Assembly: GCA_977016875.1 (NCBI GenBank)
Contig: CDRNST010000095.1
Coordinates: 62,001 to 126,000 of the forward strand
Direction of reading: 5' to 3'
Source of the DNA: Pavona decussata
Lineage: Eukaryota
Length of the DNA stretch: 64,000 nucleotides
Shown here: positions 1 through 11,466 of the stretch, one piece after another
How the letters are laid out: every line of letters begins with the position of its first letter
Position numbering within the stretch: the first letter of the stretch is position 1
Position numbers and translations under genes: made by a program
Notes under the pieces: model-generated
Told to the model about the DNA's origin: nothing
Databases searched by the model: none
What the model saw: only the letters and a program-made list of their open reading frames with translations

Positions 1-388
1 GTGTCTCGGGGGTTGTTGCCTTGGCGTCCGATGTCTCTGTAGTGGTTTTCACAGTAGATGGCTTTCTACCTCTCTGTTTGGGGGTAGAAGGCTGATTTGC
101 CGAGTTTGATGCAGTATTGTTGTCAGATTTGGATGCAGGTTCAGAAGACACTGCTGCAGCTCCTATAGAAAGTCTTGGTTTGGGAGTTTTCTTCTCTTTT
201 TCTTTCTCGGGTTTGGTTTTGGTTTTTTCCTTTTCCTTGTCTTTCTCCCTTTCTTTTTCTTTTTCCTTTTCCTTGCCCTCTTTCTCTTTCTCTTTCTCTT
301 TCTCTTTCTCTTTTTCTCTTTCTTTTTCTTTATCTGATGCCTTGGTCGTTTTTTCTGATGGTTTGCTGTTGAACAGAATACCTTTGGC
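1..388 (-). CDS. MLLT10: MLLT10/AF10 exon 7 (partial, runs off the window): Lys/Glu repeat and AT-hook-like motif
   Basis: Acceptor ctttccttggcag|GCC, phase 0, open to position 1: AKGILFNSKPSEKTTKASDKEKEREKEKEKE...STPKQRGRKPSTVKTTTETSDAKATTPET. An additional small exon between 388 and 2779 cannot be excluded. Confidence 0.8.
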
Positions 389-474
389 CTGCCAAGGAAA
401 GATGGTACCACTTTAACCACAACTCTTACCTATATAGTGGTTGTTGCACCAAAAGTAATTTTGCATTTGCTTTA

Positions 475-1070
475 GGTTGCGTTTGATTGACCCTATCCCG
501 GAATAAGAATAAACGGAATAGCTGTTAGATTTCTCTTTTCAAGTAAATTTGGGAAGGCGTTTCTGCAAAATTTCGCTGACACACGATAGTTTAAAGGGGA
601 AGTATCATGAGAATTCGCTGTCATTTCAAAACCCCAAAATGTTTGTCTGTCAACAGAAACATAAAAAAATTGTCTAGTTTTGTTATAAATTATCACCCAA
701 GTGCAACAAAACTGTCGATAAGTGCCTCTGGCTAGAGACAGAGTAGATCGGAATGGATTGAAACTTGAAAAATGTTAGGCTAACGTTTTTCAAGTTCTCG
801 CATTTTTGTTTTCAAAACGCGCTAGAACAGAACACGAGTGGTCCTTTTCAAGAATTGAGTTGAGCTCTTTCCTCTCGTTGTTCTAAAATTATTTTGCAGC
901 TATGTGAAGGCCTTATTTCACCATTTTTAACCAAACAGGTCAAAACCCCCATGAGACTTCCCCTTTAAGAACGATTTTGTACTTCAGTAACTCCAAAAAC
1001 CTCTCATGAGGGATTTCTTGTCATCATGCTATGTATTCCTATTCCGGAATAGAGTCAATCGAACGCACCC
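475..1070. mobile_element. PIF/Harbinger-like MITE containing the 595-964 element
   Basis: TIR GG(T/G)TGCGTT(T/C)GATTGAC(C/T)CTAT(C/T)CCGGAATA; flanked by TTA and TAA. Confidence 0.7.
595..964. mobile_element. Kolobok-type MITE
   Basis: TTAA at 591-594 and 965-968; TIR AGGGGAAGT(A/C)TCATG; second copy at 29548. Confidence 0.8.
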
Positions 1071-2421
1071 TAAGTTTCCTTCACTGCACTCTGTGATTGG
1101 TCAAAAATTCTCGCACCCCTTTCTCGACCAATGGGGAACAAAACTAAAGCCAATCAACCGTTCCAAAAAAGATGGCGACTAGTACATTTCCCCATAATTC
1201 TTAGCCTAAGAAAACCTATAAAAAACGCTCATAAAAACGCACAGCAAACAAACCTAGCATACACAGTGTTGTTAGTATAGAGACGAATTTTGCAAGAAAT
1301 ACGGCTTTCTATGTGGCTATTGGCTGTATTAGGTTTGCAAGGTATTGTGGTAAAATGTACAGCCGCCATCTTTTTCCATACGGAGGATTGCTTCAAGTTT
1401 CAAGTTTCTTTATTTCCACATATTAATTAAACACAAAGAACAGGAAATAGGGAGAAAGGAATGTGTAGGTGTGTATTGTACCACTTACTTGCATTTGCTT
1501 TGAGTTAGGGTTGGTTCAATAAATTGTTTATGTTCGTTGGGATTGGTCAGAGTTATTATTTTGGTTTTTGTTTTATGGCGCTCAACTGAAAACGTCTTTA
1601 TACCTACCAGCTGATACAGTGTCCCAAGATCAATTTTCAAGATTGATTTTTTTATTGTTAGCAACCTATTATGAACATTGCACGAAGGTGCAAAACCCCT
1701 CAATTTCAAGATCAACATGGCCGAGCTCCATAGCCACTTTACAATGATCATAGTCTTGAACACATTCATGCTTTTCAAGTCATTATACTGTTAGAGAAAG
1801 ACGTGAGTTACTACAAGAGTCACAAAGGAAATTGATCGTATTCTCAGGAATATTCTTTTTATCTTTGCCTGGATCTAACATTAATTTTAAAAGATGCCCT
1901 TCGTAGCAATTTAATCCACCATTGATAATTTTTTGACTCAACATGAAAGCCAAAACAATTGCATCACTTGGAGAGCTGAAATACTAAGGCTCTTGGCTCC
2001 TTTAATGGACAAAATCTTTTTACGAAACCTCTGTCTAACCCTCACTTTACTAGGAAATAATTACAAGTCTCTTGCAAGTGCATGTTCAAATCATGTTATA
2101 GTATTAACAACCCATTCACACCAACAAAATGTGTTTAATTGAACCAGGTTTAACAAAATGAAAATTGGTAACAGAAAGCTGAACCATTGGCTTTGACATA
2201 AGAATCAAGTAAACTCTAACTTATGCTTTCAATTGTGCTAAATCTGTAGTCGACTTAAAATCCGAAAGCAGCTTTTATGAAGGAAACAATTTTAAACTGT
2301 GTTTAGCTAAACAGCTTTTAAACGTGTTTAAGCCTTGGTGTGAATGGGGCTAGACTGTTTCAAGAAGGCTTAGCATGAGCCGATACCTCTTTGTTTCAAA
2401 ACAATTTACTTCACATTGTAA

Positions 2422-2726
2422 AGGCGTCATTACACTGGGTAATTTTGTTTCGCAAAATGTCTCGCAATTTTGTTTTGACACAAGTTGCACAACTCATTTC
2501 CCAGTGTAAGTTACATGCCCTGAAATGAACGTCTCGCAATTTTTTTTGTTGCCACAATCGTTGCGAGAAGCAGAAGTCGGTTCTACTTCTTGCGATGGTA
2601 ACTGCAACAGAACCATTGCGAGACATGTTCATTTCAGGGCATGTTAGGCAAGGATTCCTGCATCTTGTGTCGCGAACAAAATCTCAAGACACGTCGCCAG
2701 AAAAATTGCCTAGTGAAACAGTGCCT
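2422..2726. mobile_element. Harbinger-like MITE
   Basis: TAA direct repeats; imperfect TIR AGGCGTCATTACACTGGGTAATTT / AAATTGCCTAGTGAAACAGTGCCT; internal TCTCGCAA repeats. Confidence 0.65.
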
Positions 2727-2778
2727 TAAGCCAGTGGCTAAAGTGTTTTGAGACAACAACAAAATTCCAATCCAATAC

Positions 2779-2875
2779 CTTTTTATTCCAGTGGAACTGA
2801 CAGTAACCAACATACTTTACTGTGGGACCAGACTGACCATCATTTTCTTCACACAGCAAGCCAGAGCTCTGGGCA
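2779..2875 (-). CDS. MLLT10: MLLT10/AF10 exon 6 (97 nt), end of PZP domain
   Basis: (C)AQSSGLLCEENDGQSGPTVKYVGYCQFHWNKK; TAG acceptor, GTATTG donor. Confidence 0.9.
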
Positions 2876-4366
2876 CTAAAACATCATATAATAGAAGGGT
2901 ATTAAACTCCAACACTAATCATGTAGGTGAATTAAAATCCTTTTTGAATGTTTTGATATGGTTCTCAGTCCCCTACCAAGTGAAAGTCTCATAGTGTATA
3001 TGACAGAATTTTTTTATTTGCTTGATCAAATCTTCATGTTGCTCTTGCATGAAAATGAGACACCCCCCCCCCCCCAAAAAAAAAAAAAAAAAAAAAAAAA
3101 TTAGAAGAAAAAAACAAAAACAAAAACAACAACAGCAACTTATCAGCATTTCTTTCCCATGTTTGTGGGGTATGAAAGCGTCAAATTTCATTTCCGGTTG
3201 GGTACAATACTACACAAGATGGAAGACTGGGGATAGTAGGGCTGTGAGGTCAACAGTCAGGATTGCTAGTCTCCTGATTTCTCTATTCCTCAGTTGTGTT
3301 TCATGTGCAGAGGAAGAAAACTGTGTGGATGGAAATACACAGGATGAAACAACTGAGGAATGGAAAAACCGGAAGACTAGCATTCCTATATTGACCGCAC
3401 AGTCCTACTATCCCCAGTCTCCCGTCTTGTGCGGTATTGTACCCAACCAATAGTTAAATTTGATGCTTTTTACAGTATATGCCTGAAACACGGGAAAAAA
3501 AAGTTGATAAAGAATTTTTTTTATTTTTATATGAGAACAGCATTGTTCAAGAAAATAAAAAAAATTCTGCGATATACTCTTTAACCAAGATACTCAACTG
3601 GAAGACTTGGCAGATGCATTGTGCTACAACATCTGGAAATTGTTTGGATTGTTTGTTCATTTGTTTATTAAATCCAATAAATGCTTGCAAGGACCTCCAA
3701 GATCAAAGTCCAACAGGAATGTACGAACTACTAAACCACAGAAGCAAGTAACTCTAGCTAGTGATTAGCAAGTTAAGGGGCTGACTTTCACCCTGGGACG
3801 TCAGGATTTCGAGTCTGGTGCCCTAGCCACATGTCATGCTACTGATGATTGTAGGATAGAGATTTTATCTCTTTGGTGAATGAAAACTAATATATACAAG
3901 GGAGAGCATGAGTTTAACCTTTTTACTCCTAATATAAGAACAAATTCTCCTATCTTGTTCCCATACTTTTCTTACAAAAGTACTAGGAAGAAGTTGTTAA
4001 AATATCAAGAAAATTCACCTTGGGTGATCATATACATACTTCTCATGACTTCAGGGGTTGAATAAGCATTGATATTACAAGAAGAAATTTGATGCTGGTC
4101 ACTGTTACGGCGTAAAGGGTTTTCATATCTTCTGTTTATTTTATAGAGGGCCACAGTGTCATCAGTTTCACCACTGTCATATGCTACGCTCTTAAAATAA
4201 AGTCTATTGTATTATTAAGTCATTAGCTGTGACTAACAGTGCTTCAAAATTTAGTTTGTGACCATGCAGCATTGACCTCGGTTTTGACTGCGTTTCGGGC
4301 ACAGACGCTGAAGGGTAAAACAAAAGAACAAAAGAGAACACTAGACCAAGGAAAAGTACTACATAC

Positions 4367-4470
4367 CATGTCACATGGAAAGCGTGTCTACAGCCTGTCT
4401 TGTTACAGTTCATGCATGCTCCGTGTGCTGTCTTACTCTCTCTTCCTCTCTCTTCACATATATAGCATGT
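4367..4470 (-). CDS. MLLT10: MLLT10/AF10 exon 5 (104 nt), PHD2
   Basis: TCYICEERGRESKTAHGACMNCNKTGCRHAFHVT(C); AAG acceptor, GTATGT donor. Confidence 0.93.
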
Positions 4471-4590
4471 CTTGAAAGAAAAATGCACAAAAATGTACTC
4501 AAAACTAAGATCTGCTCATAGCACTGACAATGCATGTTTGGTGTGCAAACAGGAAGAACTTGCTGAATCTTTTGCCCTTCTTTTTTTTAA

Positions 4591-4961
4591 CCTTTTAACC
4601 CCTTATATCAAAGAACAAATTCTCCTACATGTATCTTGTCTGTATACTTTTCTTATGAAATCACTGGGGAGAAGATATTAAAATATCAAGAAATAGGCCA
4701 TTTCAGAGTTACTGTGAACCTCATTATGAAAGCAAGGCTAAGTGCAAAGTTTTTACTATGAAAATTAGTTTTTACAAAACTAATTTGCATATGAAAAGCT
4801 TTTGCACTTAGCCTTGCTTTCATAATGAGGTTCACAGCAACTTGGAAATGGCCCATTCACCTTGGGTGATCATATCCTTAATTGTCATGAACTCAGGGGT
4901 TGAAGAAGCATTGATATTACAAGGAGAAAATTGATGCTGATCACTGTCAGGGCTTAAAGGG
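4591..4961. mobile_element. TTAA-flanked piggyBac-like MITE with a nested hairpin MITE (4692-4857)
   Basis: TTAA|CC(T)TTTAA...TTAAAGGG|TTAA; uninterrupted sister copy at 3918-4119; inner element AATAGGCCATTTC...GAAATGGCCCATT. Confidence 0.7.
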
Positions 4962-5983
4962 TTAATATTGATGGTTTGAAAATTGCTTGTTTGTAATATT
5001 CTTGTTGTTTGATAAATTGCCAAAACACTGTGGACATTTTACACTTGCCAATGTTAATACTTTACACAGCATGAGGAGTGCAGCTTTGCTTATTGCAAGG
5101 ATGACAAAACTCACTCACTTCTCCCTACAGTTCAGAAGTTAGAGCAATGATCTGACTGTTGCGTGTAATTTTGGATTGCACTTGGCGACCCAGACTTTTC
5201 CTTTGTGTCTCGCTTGGCAAGCCCCATTAGATGCACATCTTTCATAACTTATGACAGTGAGGCTGCAATAAATCTTAGTAAGAAGATATGTAGAGTAGAT
5301 TTTAATCGAGTGTAAAGTAATTTCATTTTGCTTTGGTTTTGGTTCACTACATTCCGTGATTAGTTAACAAAACTTGGAACACTATTTGAACCAGTGAGAA
5401 GCAAAACCAAAACCAATATTGTGCATTGCTCATACACATTTTATGTCCTGTGCTTGGTGCTGATAACGTGACATTGGTTTGAAAATGAAGGCATTGACAA
5501 AGAAAAAGGGCACAAGTGCCTTCTTTTTCTTTGCTGTCAATGTACATGTAATCTGATTATGATTCATGATTGGTCACTTCAGTTTAACTTCTGATTTGCA
5601 ATTTAAAAGTGAGGACGTGCAGTAACCACACGAAAATCATTACTTTTCATTCTTATTGTCAAGAAATCAATCATGTTATCAAAATCCCAAAACTTGAGAT
5701 TCTTGAAAAGTTCTCTGAGTGACTTGAAAATTAAAAATTGAAATCTGGACCTTGATTTCAATTCTTGAAAACCTCTAGAAAGTACATGCATAACTGCTAG
5801 TTAAGACAAATTGCATTTTACTGCAAACACCACTGTAACAAAATAATATTAGATCTCGTAACATACACAACCTGTATGATGTATGAAGTCATCCCTGCTG
5901 CCCCAAGAAACAGGGAAATTCTGGCCATCACTTACAGAAAATCAACAGAACCATAAAACATGCTGTAAACTATCATCATTTAC

Positions 5984-6093
5984 CTTGCAGAAACGGTCAT
6001 GTGGCACTGATGCCAAGATGATTGGCTCCATCGTTGAGACATTTCCAAATCGAACTTCAGGAATGTATAATGCACAAACAACATGAGCCCAAC
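5984..6093 (-). CDS. MLLT10: MLLT10/AF10 exon 4 (110 nt)
   Basis: (G)WAHVVCALYIPEVRFGNVSTMEPIILASVPHDRFCK; TAG acceptor, GTAA donor. Confidence 0.93.
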
Positions 6094-6492
6094 CTACAAA
6101 CAGGAACATGCAAACATGATAACTTTAGAAACATAATGTGGCTAAATGTAATTTAGGATTTGGAACTGATCATTGCGGACCTCTGGTTGCTTTTGCTTTA
6201 ACCCTTTGATTGTTCAAATGGACACCACAAGCGGAAAGCACTGGGTATACCCTTTGTGATCCGACATACAGTACTAGGATCATTGCAACCTTGGATTTTT
6301 TTATACTTGAAGACACAGACACATTGACATGCCTCGCTTTCTGCATAAAGGGTTTTGCTATGCATTATGGCATGATTTCAAAACATATGGCCATTGTAAA
6401 ATTTTAGCTCAAGTAAGTCAAGCTGATAGTTGAGAGTGCTTTCAGCAGCAAAACGAAAGATGGAGAAGTGAGATTCTCATCGCTTTCAGGAA

Positions 6493-6909
6493 CATCATCA
6501 TCACCATATCTTTATTTACCCTCGGATTTCAGAGTAGCTTATTCAGCTTATGTCTCTAAGCATTTACCCACCCAACCATGAGAATATACACATAAAGACC
6601 AGACCACAACACCGGGAACTACGTCCCCTACTCTTTGCGAACAGTGAGTGGGTTCTTTAATGTCCCACAGAGTTATTTACGAACAAGGGTTGTGAGACGG
6701 GGCCTACGGTTTATTGTCCTTATCCGAGAAGACTAGAAAGCCTTATCTGAGAAGACTAGAAAGTCTAACCATTTGCAGATGTCAGAGCAAAGGCAGCACT
6801 TTCTCCTCAGTTATTTAAAGACCCTGAGTGTTGGTCCAGCCAGGGTTTGAACCCACGACCTCTTGCACGGTAGTCTGGTTCTCTACCAACTGAGCTAACC
6901 GGTCGGCAG
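6493..6909 (-). mobile_element. tRNA-derived SINE with Deu/Nin-domain-like core
   Basis: Minus strand: TAGCTCAGTTGG (A box), GGTTCAAACCC (B box), GGGACATTAAAGAACCCAC...AAGAGTAGGGG...TTCCCGGTGT core, (GAT)n tail. Confidence 0.75.
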
Positions 6910-7472
6910 TTAAAAAACAAACACAACCACTTTAATAACAGGATTTTGAAAACACAGTCTGAGTCAATTTTCTGCATGGATACCCTATTTTTGTCCAACA
7001 CATTTAGAACAAATCAGACACTTCTAGATAAATGGTTGCACAAATTAATATCAGCTGACTATTACTAACGGCATGACAACAAACTAATGAAAAACAGGCT
7101 GGGTTTGTTGTTAGTTGTAGTGGTTTGATTTTGTGAGTCTTCTGGTGCAAGAACCACCATTAATGAGCTGGCAAGGGAAGTGGGCTGGGGAGAATGGGTG
7201 GGGGAGTAAAAAGTGTTCCAGCCCTCCCCACATTTTGCTGACCAACTTGGTTACTGGTATGTGTACCTCTGCCACAAAGATGTTCTCCTAAACCCCAATT
7301 TAATTAATTACCATAGCATTAGCTGAAAAAAATAGGTTTCTACTGGTGCAAATTTAGAAAAGTCACTGTGAATGGTAAACCTGTGAACACAAACTTTGTA
7401 AGAATGTTTTAGTAACATCAGCATCCAGTTATAATTGGTGCAAGGGTAATGCAAATATTTGGCTCCGCTAAC

Positions 7473-7527
7473 CTCCAGTATCAGTTCTTTTAAGAGCTCC
7501 CTCTTTATATGGACAAAGTTCACATTT
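7473..7527 (-). CDS. MLLT10: MLLT10/AF10 exon 3 (55 nt), zinc knuckle
   Basis: TAG acceptor, GT donor; KCELCPYKEGALKRTDTG; phase-compatible with neighbours. Confidence 0.92.
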
Positions 7528-8363
7528 CTAGGAGATAAAAATTAGTAACAACAATGTCATTTTCAAATGATTATACAGTGGAACCTTGCCTTGTGAGTAC
7601 CCCATTACAGCAGTTACCAATAACATGTGTTCAAAAGAGTTCAATAAGGTTGCATTTTGGTGAACATCAATCAAAGAAAAGCTATTAATAACCTAATTGA
7701 AATTATTTTGAACTCTAACATTTCAAGGCAACAGAACCAAGAAATTGACGATTTAACCACTGACAGATGGGAAACTTTATCAAAGTTGATTTCCAAGCCA
7801 GTTTAACTATTAGTAAAATAAAGGGCACTGTTAAGAGGATACCACATTTTTGAATGAAAAACTTTAAATCACCGCATGTGATAATTTGTAAAATCAGTGA
7901 TGCAGGAGATCTAGCTAGCAAATTATCCTGTGCAGTGAAATTAAAAAATTTTAATTCAAAAATACCTTTTTTTTTCGCTTGATGTGGCTTAGGAATCAAT
8001 TTAAATAAAGTTTTACCTTCTCTTAGCGAAGTAAAATTCTCATTTTCTTGCCGGGTTGCCTTGGAATCTAGTCAGAATTCAAAACAATTTAAATGGCTTT
8101 TCTTTGATTGATGTCCACCAAAACATAACTTATCCAACTCTTTTACACTGTAAAGGTGATAGGTCGCGTGTAATTGGTAACCATTATAACAGGACCATCT
8201 CTTTTCAGCTCAAACTAAAATTTATGCTGTCATTTTCTTGTTAATATGCCCTCATTGATTCAACCAATGTTTTCCTCCCTGTTCTCCGCACATCTTTCAT
8301 GGCACTAGTTGGGAGAATTTGTTTTTGCACATCAAGACATTTTGTCTTTGGTGATTATTTCTA

Positions 8364-8925
8364 TTTATTTATTTATTTATTTAGCTTTGCCTAACTAAAA
8401 TACAGATACAGAAAGTATATATGCATGAATACGTAAAAAAAAATTATTAGACAGGGAGACCATTATAGCCTAGCCAATTGCAGTGGATCCCACGTTAATT
8501 ATTTAAAACTTAAAAGCTAAAGCTACTAATATATAAACAAGGAAAAAAAAAAACAGAAGTTGAAATTGCTCGAAGCAGCACGTCGGCAGGCACAGTAGAG
8601 TCCTTGCTATGTTGCACCTGGGACAGACTGTTCTCAGGGTTCTGAAGTCATCAATGTCGTACAGGTTCAGACCCTTATTGTAAATATTGAAGTAGTAAAC
8701 TTTTAAATGAGGCTAGAGAGATGTGGCTTGTGCGAAGCTCAGCAGGCAGAACATTCCATGTGCAGCATGCGCATATGAAAAATGAGCGTTGATAAGTAAC
8801 AGTTCTACTTCGCTTAAGAATATAAGTAATAGCATTGCTGCTCGATGATCTAGTAGATCTTGTTAATTGTCTGGTTACCGGCAGAGCTTCACTATTAATG
8901 AAAACTAAGTTATTATTAAATATAT
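8364..8925 (-). mobile_element. CR1/L2-type LINE 3' fragment
   Basis: ORF2 end TRSTRS...YQRSFF...TWNVLPAELR...SFKSLL, then 3'UTR and (TAAA)n tail. Confidence 0.7.
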
Positions 8926-9689
8926 TGGATTTGTTCATTGTTAAGTATATGTGATCAGATAGTAGTAACACTGAGAGTGAGGTATTATTCAGTGAGCGAC
9001 ACAGGCATACTTGGAAAAAAGAAATCCGAATGCTCCAAACAGGAGACTTGTGGGAGCCTTTTTTTCTTTTTTTTTTTTATTAGCAAAATTGACATTAGTG
9101 TTTGATGGAGTTCAATTACTAAACATTAAATCACATGCCTTGGGTTTTAAACTGCTGTCATTTAAATAGTTACTGCTCACTTTTAAGACTTAAAAAGTTA
9201 AAAAAAAAAAAGACTTGAAGGGTTAACAGACTTCACAGGGTTTCAACGTATGTAAAAATAATGTGGCTTTGATCTGAGGTACATGTACCTAACTTGGTAA
9301 GATCAAATAAACAGACCCAATGTGGAGATCAGGTATGTTGAATTTTTGATAATTGAACACAATAGAACACTGGCTTTGAGTGATTTCAATTTTCAAACCA
9401 ATCAATTTACTGAATACAAATGTTTAGTTTTATCAACAGAGTCAATAAGGAATAAGGTAATTCAAAAGAAATTCAAGTGCACTGGAATCTCTTTACAGTG
9501 GCTAAATTACCCTATTGACTCTGTTGATCAAACTAAACATTTGTTTCCACTCCTCCACCAACACAGCACGTAACAGTTTCTGAACATCACCTTACTGAAT
9601 TCAGATTGATTCTGTTCAGATTGTACTCATTACACTTATTATAACAAGCAGGAATAAACAGAGGGGCATTTTAAATTCTAGTAATGAGA

Positions 9690-10040
9690 CCTGGGACATT
9701 TTATAAATTTTAGTGATGAGACCCATACTAGTAGCCATAGGCTTAAGCTTCTTGAACTGCACTATAAGAAAGACGTCTTCAAATTTTCTTTTTTCCAAGA
9801 ACTGCTAGAGACTGGAATCAGCTCCTCTCTGATATGCCGGATATTACGTCTCTTGTTCAATTTAAGAAATACCTTAGTTCATGAGCTTAATAAGAATGTG
9901 TCAATTTGTATAGTTAATTTTTTGTTCTGTATTCTACTTAACTGTGGCATGTAATTTTTACTTTTACATTATTTTTGTAAGTGGTTGGTGTGTTACCTAA
10001 CCGGCTTTTACTGACCTAATTGAGATGATGATGATAAAAA
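9690..10040 (+). mobile_element. CR1-type LINE 3' fragment
   Basis: Degenerate DVFKFSF-PRTARDWNQL motif and (GAT)n tail. Confidence 0.5.
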
Positions 10041-11194
10041 TATGTGTGTATATAATTAAAAATGTCACTATAAACATGGTGTGTTTCTGTATGGAGACCG
10101 CAACACAGTCCTGACTTGTTCCAAAGGCAACTAGTACTTTCAAAATGTGACTTCAGTTTATAAAACAATACATAAATACATGTTTTTACTTGTTAGCAAA
10201 ATTGACATTGGTGTGTGATTGAGTTTAATTACTGAACATTAATGTTTATCACATACCTTTAGATTTAAACTGCCATCATTTACACAAAATTACTAGCTTT
10301 CTTTTTTGTATTCAATTTTATATTGTGCAACTTTCACAACTTCAAAATCAAGTAACTTATCAAGAGCTTTATTTCACTGTCAAATGAATAATTAGCAGTT
10401 GTCAAAGTAACAAGCAATTAAACATCGCTTAAACTTCAATACGATGAACAAGTTCGGCATAAGGTCAAAGGTCATTTTCACCACATCAACTAAAGATCAA
10501 CTATAGAGTTGCCATTTTGGCTTAATTCAAGAATGCCAACAAAGACACTACAATGCTTAATCTACAACTGTAAGGCCATGTATTAAACTACATGCATATA
10601 TCAAGTCTGAAGTTCAAAACACAACTAATGGGTGCATTCACGATTCACATGTAAAATTTCAACCAAATTGTTGAGATCTAAATGGTATACACTCTATCAA
10701 ACAATGCAAAACCCTCAAGTTGATCACTTCCTTAATTCTGCGCCATAAAACACTTGATAATGTGCAAACAGTGCGAGAAGAAAATTAGAGTTTGATAACT
10801 CTAGTGGATGAAATGCTTTAAATAATGTAAATATTATACAAGCGTATCGAGTTAGATTTTGAGCGATCCCTAAATCTTGAGCGTCAATAATTCTACGTTT
10901 ATATTTGAACTTTAACGGATATATGGGCATCCATATATTGCCTAACTGAGGTGTAAATGGAATTGTTTCACCAGTTGATGAAATTACTATATATAGAGCA
11001 GAATGGAGCATGAAATCTACAAAGTTGCGTGCAGGTCACGCCATCGCAAAAACAAGAAATTCGTGACAGATTTAAATTACAAACAAGAAAGGATGTTCGC
11101 AGTTTACACAAAAATTGAAAAGACCACCCGCACCTATTGTGAAAATCCCTTTTTATGAGAAAACTAGACTGTCAAAAACAACTTTATTACTCAC

Positions 11195-11274
11195 CACTCG
11201 TGCGATTCTCTCTTGCGACTCGCATTTCCGACAAAACCACGGTCCCTTCGGCACCTGCACGATTCCGTAGCAAG
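11195..11274 (-). CDS. MLLT10: MLLT10/AF10 exon 2 (80 nt)
   Basis: CAG acceptor, GTGAGT donor; (A)CYGIVQVPKGPWFCRKCESQERIARV. Confidence 0.93.
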
Positions 11275-11354
11275 CTGGCGATCGAGAGATACAAACATCA
11301 GAACACATCTCGAGTGTAATAACAAGATAATTGAAAGAGGCCCAAAGCTAGTAC

Positions 11355-11466
11355 CTTGATGCACAGCAACATTGCACCCGTGTCCGTCACAATAAACCAA
11401 CGGGTTTTCGTCCCATCCTCTTTCATCCGAACAAACGCAGCAACCTCCTATCATCTCTTTTACCAT
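11355..11466 (-). CDS. MLLT10: MLLT10/AF10 (AF10/AF17 family) coding exon 1, start of PHD1 in the PZP domain
   Basis: Translates MVKEMIGGCCVCSDERGWDENPLVYCDGHGCNVAVHQ, the AF10/AF17 N-terminus; donor CAAG|GTAC; phase 1. Confidence 0.93.

Noticed and set aside
117-420. ORFs 117..416 (+), 175..372 (+) and 163..420 (-) with FS or KR repeats
   Set aside because: Antisense or off-frame shadows of the (EK)n MLLT10 exon; the splice-compatible frame starts at 388.
3022-3453. 143-aa ORF with poly-P/K/Q
   Set aside because: Produced by C- and A-homopolymer runs in an MLLT10 intron on the antisense strand.
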